Assembly: GCA_963724765.1 (NCBI GenBank)
Contig: CAVRVY010000002.1
Coordinates: 352,001 to 416,000 of the forward strand
Reading direction: 5' to 3'
Length of the DNA stretch: 64,000 nt
Source of the DNA: an uncultured delta proteobacterium
GTDB lineage: Bacteria; Desulfobacterota; Binatia; Binatales; Binataceae
A program made the translations under genes and the position numbers. The notes under the pieces are model-generated. The model was given only the letters and a program-made list of their open reading frames with translations. It made no database searches and was not told the origin of the DNA. This document shows positions 9,774 to 18,195 of this stretch, piece by piece; the first letter of the stretch is position 1; each line of letters opens with the position of its first letter.

Positions 9774-11123
9774 ATGAGATTCTTTGCCCATACCGAGAGC
9801 GACGTTCGCGCGATGCTCGACACGATCGGTGCGCGCAGCCTCGACGATCTGATCGCGCACGTGCCGGACAATCTGCGCGCCAGCGCAACCATAAACCTGG
9901 CGCCGGGGAAGAACGAGGCCGAAATCACCGCCGAACTTGAAGCGCTGGCCGCCCGCAACACGGGCGCCAGCGCCTTTGCAAGCTTTCTCGGCTTCGGCGC
10001 CTACCGCCATCACGTACCGGCCGCCGTGCGCGCCATTACCGCGCGCGCCGAATTCGCCACCAGCTACACGCCCTATCAGCCCGAGGCGAGCCAAGGTACC
10101 ACCGAGGCGATTTTCGAATTCCAGACCATGATTACCCAGCTCACCGGCCTGGAGGTCGCCAACGCCAGCATGTACGAGGGCGCTTCGGCCACGGCCGAGG
10201 CCGTTTTGATGGCGCATCGGCTGACGCCGAAACGCACGCGGGTCGCGCTGTCGCGCGCGCTATGGCCGGACTATCGCAATACGGTGCGCACGTACCTGAG
10301 CGCGCTGGAGCATCTCGAACTGATTGAAGTGCCGTTCGATTCGCAAAGCGGCGCGATCGATATCGCCGCGCTGGAGCGCCTCGCCGACGATCGGCTGCTG
10401 TGCTCGGTAATCGGCTACCCCAACGCGTTCGGTATCGTCGAGCCGCTGGCCGAGGCCGCCGCGCTCACCAAACGCGCGGGCGCGATTGCGATTTCGGCCA
10501 CGGCCGAGCCGCTCGCGCTGGGTCTTTTGAAATCGCCCGGCGAACTTGGCGCGGACATCGCGGTCGGCGAAGGACAAAGCTTCGGCCTCGCGCCGCAATT
10601 CGGCGGCCCAGGAGTCGGATTCATGGCGGCCCGGATGGCGAATCTGCGCCAGATGCCCGGGCGGTTGGTGGGCGAGACGCACGATCGCTTCGGACGGCGC
10701 GCATGGTGCCTGACGCTGGCCACGCGCGAGCAGCATATCCGGCGCGAGCGCGCGACCTCGAACATCTGCACCAACCATTCGCTGTGCGCGCTCGCGGCCA
10801 CGGTGTACCTGGCGATGATGGGGCGGCGGGGGTTGCGCGAATTGGCCTCGCGCAATGTCGAGCTGGCCCATCGCGCAGCCGCGGCGCTCGCGGCCGGCGG
10901 GATACGCGCGCGCTTCGGCGCGCCGTTCTTCAACGAGTTCGTGGTGAGCGTGGACGACGCAGCCGCGGCGCTCGCACGCGCCGAGCGCGCCACAATCCTG
11001 GCCGGTGTCGCGCTCGATAGCTATTGGCCCGAGCTTCACGGCGCGGTGCTGGTCAGCGTCACCGAGATGAATACTCAGTCGGAATTTGAGCGGCTCGCCG
11101 GCGCGCTTGCTGGAGACAACTGA
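9774..11123 (+). CDS. gcvPA: Glycine dehydrogenase (decarboxylating) subunit 1
   Basis: YTPYQPEASQG, ANASMYEGA, REQHIRRERATSNICTN motifs. Confidence 0.97.
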   Translation: MRFFAHTESDVRAMLDTIGARSLDDLIAHVPDNLRASATINLAPGKNEAEITAELEALAARNTGASAFASFLGFGAYRHHVPAAVRAITARAEFATSYTPYQPEASQGTTEAIFEFQTMITQLTGLEVANASMYEGASATAEAVLMAHRLTPKRTRVALSRALWPDYRNTVRTYLSALEHLELIEVPFDSQSGAIDIAALERLADDRLLCSVIGYPNAFGIVEPLAEAAALTKRAGAIAISATAEPLALGLLKSPGELGADIAVGEGQSFGLAPQFGGPGVGFMAARMANLRQMPGRLVGETHDRFGRRAWCLTLATREQHIRRERATSNICTNHSLCALAATVYLAMMGRRGLRELASRNVELAHRAAAALAAGGIRARFGAPFFNEFVVSVDDAAAALARAERATILAGVALDSYWPELHGAVLVSVTEMNTQSEFERLAGALAGDN

Positions 11124-12682
11124 TGGCGGGGGAGAACAAGATGGCGACGGCGGGCAATATCGTGCACGATATCGAAGAGACGCAAGCACCGACGGCTGCG
11201 GCGGGAGCGCCGGATGCATCGGACGTGCGCAGCGTCGCGCTGCTTTTCGAGGAGTCGGCGGCCGGACGATCCGGCGCGGACGTCACACCGCGCGTTTCCG
11301 GAGAACCCGACGCGGCCGCGATTTTGGGCGCGGAGCTTTGCCGCGACGACATCTCTGGTTTTCCGGAACTCAGCGAGCCGCAGGTGATGCGCCATTTTCT
11401 GCGCCTCTCGCAGCTCAACTTCGGTCAGGCGCTCCAGTTCTATCCGCTCGGCTCGTGCACGATGAAGTACAATCCCGTGCTCAACGACGAGATGGCGGCA
11501 CTTACCGGCTTTGCCGGGCTGCATCCGATGACCCCGGCGCATCTGGCCTCGGGCGCGCTCGAATTGATGGCGCGACTGGAGGCGGCGCTCGCCGAGATAA
11601 CCGGGATGGACGCCGTGTCGCTCCATCCGGCGGCCGGCGCGCAGGGCGAGCTCACCGGGCTGCTGATGATGCGCGCGTACCATCGCAAGCGCGGCGTGGC
11701 GCGTCACAAGGTGATAATCCCCGACACCGCGCACGGCACCAATCCGGCGAGCTGCACGCTGGCGGGGTTCGAGGTCGTGGTCGCCAAGTCGAATCGGCGC
11801 GGCTTTCTGGAGGCGGCCGAGATACGCCGGCTCGTAAGCGACGACGTCGCGGCGCTGATGGTGACCAATCCCAACACGCTCGGAATTTTCGAGCCCGAGA
11901 TTGAAGCGATCGCCGACGCGCTGCACGAGCGCGGCGCGCTGCTCTACCTCGACGGCGCCAACATGAACGCGCTGTTGGGCGTCGCCAAGCCCGGTCACAT
12001 GGGCGCCGACGTTGTGCAGCTTAATCTGCACAAGACGTTTTCGACTCCGCACGGCGGCGGCGGCCCCGGCGCGGGACCGGTCGCCGTGAAGAAGCATCTT
12101 GAACCCTTTCTGCCGCTGCCGCGCCTGCGCAAGGACGGCGAGGCCTGGCGCTTCGACTATGACCGTCCCGACTCGATTGGGCGGCTTCGCGGGTTTCACG
12201 GCAATTTCGGGATGCTCGTGCGCGCCTGCGCGTTCATCCTTGCGCTCGGAGGGAACGGGATGACCGAGGCGAGCCGATTCGCGATTCTCGCCGCCAACTA
12301 CGTGCGCAAGCGCCTGGAGCCGCATTTTCCGAGCGCGACCACGGAGCCGTCGATGCACGAGTGCGTGCTTACGCACGACCTGGAAAAGCGCGCCGATGTG
12401 AACACGCTCGACATCGCCAAGCGCCTGCTGGATTTCGGAATCCATCCGCCGACGATCTATTTTCCGCTGGTCGTGCATGGCGCGCTGATGATCGAGCCGA
12501 CTGAGACCGAGAGCCGCGAGACGCTCGACACTTTCGTCGCCGCGATGGAAAAGATTTACGCGGAGGCGCTGAGCAATCCCGAGATGGTGCGTACCGCGCC
12601 GCATACGCTATGGCTCTCGCGCGTCGACGAGGCGCACGCCGCGCGCCGCCCGGTGCTGCGCTGGCAACCGAAGGATAAGTAG
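11123..12682 (+). CDS. gcvPB: Glycine dehydrogenase (decarboxylating) subunit 2
   Basis: YPLGSCTMKYNP, AHGTNPAS, PLP-lysine motif NLHKTFSTPHGGGGPG. Confidence 0.97.
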   Translation: MAGENKMATAGNIVHDIEETQAPTAAAGAPDASDVRSVALLFEESAAGRSGADVTPRVSGEPDAAAILGAELCRDDISGFPELSEPQVMRHFLRLSQLNFGQALQFYPLGSCTMKYNPVLNDEMAALTGFAGLHPMTPAHLASGALELMARLEAALAEITGMDAVSLHPAAGAQGELTGLLMMRAYHRKRGVARHKVIIPDTAHGTNPASCTLAGFEVVVAKSNRRGFLEAAEIRRLVSDDVAALMVTNPNTLGIFEPEIEAIADALHERGALLYLDGANMNALLGVAKPGHMGADVVQLNLHKTFSTPHGGGGPGAGPVAVKKHLEPFLPLPRLRKDGEAWRFDYDRPDSIGRLRGFHGNFGMLVRACAFILALGGNGMTEASRFAILAANYVRKRLEPHFPSATTEPSMHECVLTHDLEKRADVNTLDIAKRLLDFGIHPPTIYFPLVVHGALMIEPTETESRETLDTFVAAMEKIYAEALSNPEMVRTAPHTLWLSRVDEAHAARRPVLRWQPKDK

Positions 12683-12924
12683 CTGCACGCGCCGCTCATC
12701 GCGGCGGCGATTTTGTGTCGCCAAGGCTGAGCGCGCGTGCGTATTCTTTGGGCGTTTCGGTAGAAAAGCCGACGATGCGTTTCGCGTGTGAATGTTAAGT
12801 TAGGGTCCAGTCCAGCCCTGCGGATTGGCAATATTTGTTCTTCTGATAACCAAAGTCTCCCTGGTCCTTGATGGAGCTGTCTGCCGCTGAGCATAGAGTG
12901 TTCTCCAGTAGGAGACGGCATTTT

Positions 12925-13212
12925 ATGGTTACAAGACAGTTGTTGCCGATCTTCGTCCTGGTAATCGGAGGACTGTCCTTTCTCGGTTGCGGAAGCCGAA
13001 CGCAGGTCCCGGGCAACGCGACGCAGGCATCAAACCAGATCTTGAGCAGGATCGATTCAGTGAGTGATGCGGGCGATGACGCACCGGTGCCTGGATCTTC
13101 TATGGCCGGCGATGCGCCTTCGTCCAGTGCGCAAGGGCGCGCCACGCAGTTTGTGATGCCTAATCCACGGCAACATGTTTTGTCATCCGGATTTCCTGCG
13201 CGCGACTACTGA
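12925..13212 (+). CDS. Putative small lipoprotein
   Basis: AGGAGA RBS, ATG 12925, hydrophobic signal ending in lipobox FLGC; locally lower GC. Confidence 0.55.
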   Translation: MVTRQLLPIFVLVIGGLSFLGCGSRTQVPGNATQASNQILSRIDSVSDAGDDAPVPGSSMAGDAPSSSAQGRATQFVMPNPRQHVLSSGFPARDY

Positions 13213-13281
13213 CCTCGCTTCACGGGGGTTTTCGCACTGGCAAAGATTATCGCTGAGCGCGACTGGCGCCAGGCCAAGTGC

Positions 13282-13926
13282 CTAGGTAATTGCCAGGATT
13301 TTGGCGCGTGCGTAATCTTCGGGCGTATTGATATTGAAGCAGCTAAGCGCGTCGGGATCGGCGCGCCGGTATTCGGCCTCGCAGACGATGCGGGCCGAAA
13401 TATGGGACTTGACCGCGTCGGCGATGGCGCTCAGGCGATGTTCTCCGCGCGAGAGCATCGCGTCCAGCGCGCCGGCGCATCGCCGGCGATACACCGCATG
13501 CAGCGGCTGCAATCGTTCGCCGACCCGCGGAATCACGGCGTCGTCGCGTTCGTCAACTAACGAAAGCATCGACGATGCGACTTCCGAACGCAGCATCGGG
13601 AGGTCGCACGAGCATGCGAACGCAAGCTCGTGACGCGCCGCGCGCAATCCTCGCGCCAGCGCGCCGACCGGCCCTTGGTACGCACTGTCGTCATGCACGA
13701 TCGTCGCCCCGCCGAGTGAGGGAAGGTCGATAGCTTCCGATTCGGGCGCCGCGACCACTACGATGTCGTCGAAGGCGCGCGCGAGTTCGGCAACGGTCCT
13801 TTCGATAAGCGTCATGCCGTCCAGGCGGAGCGTTGCCTTGGGCTGGCCCATCCGCGCACTGCGCCCGCCGGCCAGGATGATCGCGCTGGCGGACTTGACG
13901 ATGGTGCTTTCGCGGCGGTCGCCCAC
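13282..13926 (-). CDS. mobA: Molybdenum cofactor guanylyltransferase
   Basis: LAGGRSARMGQPK, GPVGAL, CDLP, FNINTPED motifs. Confidence 0.92.
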   Translation of the reverse strand: MGDRRESTIVKSASAIILAGGRSARMGQPKATLRLDGMTLIERTVAELARAFDDIVVVAAPESEAIDLPSLGGATIVHDDSAYQGPVGALARGLRAARHELAFACSCDLPMLRSEVASSMLSLVDERDDAVIPRVGERLQPLHAVYRRRCAGALDAMLSRGEHRLSAIADAVKSHISARIVCEAEYRRADPDALSCFNINTPEDYARAKILAIT

Positions 13927-14065
13927 ATCACAAGCTTAGCAGAGAGCCGCCAGGAGCGCTTTCGCGAACTGGCTTGGGACTTGTGCAAAGCTCTTTTGCA
14001 CAGAGACCAGGGTCACCTCAAATCATTTTGCCGCGAGCGGCGCGGCCCGTTATTGTCGTTCGCAC

Positions 14066-16723
14066 GTGGCAATCAAGAGCTCACCGCTGATCGCACAGTA
14101 CCTCAGCGTCAAGCAGAAGGTGCCCGACGCGATCCTGTTTTTTCGCCTCGGCGACTTTTACGAGATGCTGTTCGAGGACGCCGAGGTCGGCGCGCGCGTG
14201 CTCGATATCCAGCTCACCTCGCGCTCCAAGGACGGCGTACCCTTGTGCGGCGTGCCGTACCATTCCGCTGAACCTTATATCGCCAAGCTGCTCAAGGCCG
14301 GATTGAAGGTCGCGATCTGCGAGCAGACGCAGCCCGAGCCTCGCTCGCGTGTAACTACCGTCGCCGCCGGTCAAATCCCGGGGACGGACGCGCCGTTTCA
14401 ACTGACGCCGCAGCGCGGCCTGATGCCGCGTCAGATCGTGCGCGTGATCACGCCGGGCACGGTGGGCGAGGAGACCGTGCTGGCGGCACTCGAAAAAAGT
14501 TTTCTGCTCGCGCTCGGCGCGGGCGGCGCGGGTGAGGGCGGCTTCGCGCTGGCGGCGGTCGACGTCTCGACCGGAGAATTTCTCGCGACTCGAATTGCGG
14601 GGGCAATCGGAGTGCGCGAGGAGATCGCGCGAATCGCGCCGCGCGAAATTATCGCGCCCAAGGGCGATACCACGCTCGCCGCGCTGCTCGAAAGCGTCGA
14701 TTGCCCGGTTACCTGGCTCGACGGACCGGGCTTCGCCGCCGGGCATCCGCACCAGGCGCTGGCCGCACGCTTCGGGGCCGAAGCCGCCGGCGCGCTCGGC
14801 GACGCGCTCGGCATGGCTGCGGGCGCCGCGCTGGTCTATGTGGAAGAAACCTTCGGACGCGAGCTGGCGCATCTGCGCCCGCCGCATCTTTATCGCGCCG
14901 CCGAGTACATGCTGGTCGACGAGGTCAGCCGACGCCATCTGGAGCTGGTGATTTCCTCCGACGGTACGCGCCGGGGTTCGCTGCTTTCGGTACTCGACGA
15001 GACGCTCACGCCGGTCGGCGCGCGCGCGTTGCAGAACTGGATCGTCTACCCGCTGCTCGACCTCGACGCCATCTGCGCGCGTCACGACGCGGTCGAAGAG
15101 CTGTTCGAGACCGATCTCGGCGGCGAAGTCGCCGACGCGCTGCGGCGGATTGGCGATCTCGAGCGGCTGGCCGGCCGAATCGGAAGCCTGCGCGCGTCGC
15201 CGCGCGATTGCCTCAAGCTGGAGCAGGCCCTTCGAGCGGTCGCCGCGCTGCGTGGCGCGCTCCAGCGATGCCAGAGCGCGCTCATCCGCGAGATTGCCGC
15301 GCGAATGGTGCCGATGCCCGAACTGGCCGCGCGTATCGACGCGACGATCGGGGAGGAGCCGCCGGTCAATCCACGCGACGGCAACGTGATTCGAAGCGGC
15401 CTCAACCCCGAGGTCGACGAGTTGCGCGCGCTCGCTTCCGACGCGCGCGGCGTGATCGCGCGGTTGGAGGCGGCCGAGCGCGCGCGGAGCAACATCCCCT
15501 CGCTCAAGGTTCGCTACAATCAGGTCTTCGGTTACTACATCGAGGTTACCAAACCCAACCTCGACCGGGTGCCCGCGGAATACGAGCGCAAACAGACGCT
15601 GGTCGGCGCGGAACGCTTCACCACTGCCACGCTAAAGGAGCTCGAACGCAAGATCCTCGGCGCCGAGTCGGGGCTGAAGGAGCTCGAACTCAGACTTTTC
15701 GCCGCGCTGGTGCGCGACCTCGCGATGCATGCCGGGCCGATCCTTGCGACGGCGGCCGCGGTCGGCGAGTTTGACGCGCTGCTGGCCCTGGCGACGGTCG
15801 CGCGCCGGCGCGGGTACGTGCGGCCACGGATGAACTCGGGGCTTGCGCTCTCGATTCGCGACGGACGCCATCCGGTGCTCGAGGCCGCGATGCGCGCGGG
15901 CGAATTCGTGCCCAACGATCTCCAGACCGATCCCGACGACCGCCAACTCCTGCTCATCACCGGGCCCAATATGGCCGGCAAGTCGACCTACCTGCGCCAG
16001 GTCGCGCTGATTGTGATCATGGCGCAGATGGGGAGCTTCGTGCCGGCGACCGAGGCGGCGCTGGGGCTGGTCGACCGCGTGCTGACCCGGATCGGCGCGC
16101 GCGACGATCTGCGCCGCGGCGAGTCCACCTTTATGGTTGAAATGCGCGAGACCTCGCGCTTGCTGATGGGCCTCGACCAGCGGAGCCTGCTGTTGCTCGA
16201 CGAGGTCGGCCGTGGCACCAGCACCTTCGACGGGCTAGCGATCGCCTGGGCGCTGGCCGAGCATTTGCACGACAGCACGCGCGCCAAGGTGCTCTTCGCC
16301 ACTCATTTCCATGAACTTACCGATCTTGCGCGCGAGCGCCGGCGCGTGAAGAATCTCAGCATGGCGGTGCGCGAGTGGGACGGTGAGGTGATCTTCCTGA
16401 GACGCGTGGTCGAGCAGCCGGCCAGCCGTAGCTACGGAATCGAAGTTGCGCGGCTTGCCGGGCTGCCCGAAACCGTGGTCGCGCGCGCGCGCCAAATCCT
16501 GGCCAACCTCGAGATGGGCGAGTTGGACGAAGCGGGACAGGCCCGCCTGGCGCATCGTCCCGGTACGCAGGGCGCCACAGGCCAGCTTGGACTCTTCACG
16601 CCGGCTGAGCGGCGGGTGATCGATGAATTGAGGACGCTCGAAATCGAACGGCTGACACCGATCGAGGCGCTCAACGCGCTGGCTCGCGCACTCGATCGGC
16701 TCAGGCATGGTGGCGATTTGTAG
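14066..16723 (+). CDS. mutS: DNA mismatch repair protein MutS
   Basis: FRLGDFYE, ITGPNMAGKSTYLRQ, GESTFMVEM, DEVGRGTST, SYGIEVA motifs. Confidence 0.98.
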   Translation: MAIKSSPLIAQYLSVKQKVPDAILFFRLGDFYEMLFEDAEVGARVLDIQLTSRSKDGVPLCGVPYHSAEPYIAKLLKAGLKVAICEQTQPEPRSRVTTVAAGQIPGTDAPFQLTPQRGLMPRQIVRVITPGTVGEETVLAALEKSFLLALGAGGAGEGGFALAAVDVSTGEFLATRIAGAIGVREEIARIAPREIIAPKGDTTLAALLESVDCPVTWLDGPGFAAGHPHQALAARFGAEAAGALGDALGMAAGAALVYVEETFGRELAHLRPPHLYRAAEYMLVDEVSRRHLELVISSDGTRRGSLLSVLDETLTPVGARALQNWIVYPLLDLDAICARHDAVEELFETDLGGEVADALRRIGDLERLAGRIGSLRASPRDCLKLEQALRAVAALRGALQRCQSALIREIAARMVPMPELAARIDATIGEEPPVNPRDGNVIRSGLNPEVDELRALASDARGVIARLEAAERARSNIPSLKVRYNQVFGYYIEVTKPNLDRVPAEYERKQTLVGAERFTTATLKELERKILGAESGLKELELRLFAALVRDLAMHAGPILATAAAVGEFDALLALATVARRRGYVRPRMNSGLALSIRDGRHPVLEAAMRAGEFVPNDLQTDPDDRQLLLITGPNMAGKSTYLRQVALIVIMAQMGSFVPATEAALGLVDRVLTRIGARDDLRRGESTFMVEMRETSRLLMGLDQRSLLLLDEVGRGTSTFDGLAIAWALAEHLHDSTRAKVLFATHFHELTDLARERRRVKNLSMAVREWDGEVIFLRRVVEQPASRSYGIEVARLAGLPETVVARARQILANLEMGELDEAGQARLAHRPGTQGATGQLGLFTPAERRVIDELRTLEIERLTPIEALNALARALDRLRHGGDL

Positions 16724-16791
16724 TAGTAGCAGTGCTAGTTAAACGTGTCGGCACTCGCCGGGCGTGACAACGGCAGCAGCGGGGTGGCGGA

Positions 16792-18195
16792 TTGCGGAGG
16801 GTTTCGCGTTGGACGCGGATGGTAACGGCGCTTAGCGCGTCCGCGTTCGCGCTGGCCGCGTTCGCGCTGGCCGCGCCGAGCGCCGGCGCCGCTGTCCTCG
16901 AAAGCGCCGCGGTCGTTCAGCGCGGCGCGATCGTCGAACTGCATTTCGGACTGCACGGCAACGGGCTTAGCTGGGCGCTGAGCGCGCATGGCGACGAGCT
17001 CTGGATCGATCTCGCGCATACCCGTATCGATCTCCCGCCGCGTGCGCTCTATGGCCGCGAGAGCGCGCCGGTTATAGCCGTGCGCGCGATCGACGTGGGC
17101 GGGACGCGATCGCGCCTGGTGATCCAGGTCGCGGGGAAGACTGACTACGCGGTCGGCAAGCTGCCGCACGAGTTGCTGATTCGGCTGGCGCCGGCGGGCC
17201 AGGCTCCTAACCTGGCCGCGCCCGTGCTGGTGCGTATCGAGCGGCACGGCGAGCGGGCGGCCGCAGGCCGCCCGCTCGCCGCGGCGCCGCCCGCCGCCGT
17301 CGCCGTCGCGCCGCCGATGGCGGCGCGACGGCTCCAGGCGCCCGTGCCGCCGCCAGCATCCGCCGCGATCGCGGCGGATGCTGGCGGCGCGATGCGGGTG
17401 GCGGCGCTGCATCCGCCCGCCCCGTCGGGGCGGGCGGATGCAGCGCCGGTCGCCGGCGCTGCGGCAACCGCAGCGCCGGCCGCGGCAGCTCCGGCGCGCC
17501 AGCCCGTGGTCGTTATCGATCCCGGCCATGGCGGCTACGACTCCGGCACTGAGGCCGGGGCGCCGCTGCTGGAGAAGGACCTCGCGTTGCAAATCGCACT
17601 CCGGCTCCAGGGCGAGCTCGAGCGTCGCGGAGTCCACGCAATACTCACTCGCACGGGTGACTATTTCGTCACGCTCGCTGACCGCACTGCGTTTGCCAAC
17701 AAGGCCGGCGCCGACTTGTTCATCTCGGTCCATCTCAACTCGAGTCCCGCCGCCGCGACGACTGGAATCGAGACGTATTACCTGAACAACACCACGGATC
17801 GGGCGACGATCCGGTTGGCCGCGATGGAGAACGCAAGCGCAGGCGCCTATGGCACCGCGGCGGGGGGCGACCTAAACTACATCCTGAGTGATATGCGCCA
17901 GCAATATAAGGCTAACGAGTCGGTGGCACTCGCCTCGATGATCGAGGCGCAGACTGCGGCCGACCTCAACGCGTCGCTAGGCGTGCAGGCGAGCGCCCTG
18001 GGAGCGATGCGTGGGCCGTTCTACGTGCTGGTTGGCGCGCAGATGCCGGCGGTGCTGGTCGAGTGCGGCTTTCTCTCCAATCGGGACGAGGCCGCACGCC
18101 TGGCTTCCGCGCAATACCAGCAGGTGCTGGCGCAGGGTATCGCGGAGGCGGTAGTCCACTATTTCAATGCCGACGCCGCAGTGGGCAATCTGTGA
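16792..18195 (+). CDS. N-acetylmuramoyl-L-alanine amidase (Amidase_3) with signal peptide and Pro/Ala linker
   Basis: IDPGHGG, EKDLAL, FISVHLN, PAVLVECGFLSN motifs. Confidence 0.93.
   Translation: MRRVSRWTRMVTALSASAFALAAFALAAPSAGAAVLESAAVVQRGAIVELHFGLHGNGLSWALSAHGDELWIDLAHTRIDLPPRALYGRESAPVIAVRAIDVGGTRSRLVIQVAGKTDYAVGKLPHELLIRLAPAGQAPNLAAPVLVRIERHGERAAAGRPLAAAPPAAVAVAPPMAARRLQAPVPPPASAAIAADAGGAMRVAALHPPAPSGRADAAPVAGAAATAAPAAAAPARQPVVVIDPGHGGYDSGTEAGAPLLEKDLALQIALRLQGELERRGVHAILTRTGDYFVTLADRTAFANKAGADLFISVHLNSSPAAATTGIETYYLNNTTDRATIRLAAMENASAGAYGTAAGGDLNYILSDMRQQYKANESVALASMIEAQTAADLNASLGVQASALGAMRGPFYVLVGAQMPAVLVECGFLSNRDEAARLASAQYQQVLAQGIAEAVVHYFNADAAVGNL

Noticed and set aside
11075-12604. 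Long antisense ORFs (for example 11075-12604, 28200-29534, 23084-24364, 39333-40733, 52018-53121)
   Set aside because: They are shadow frames of well-supported high-GC genes, with no recognisable motifs
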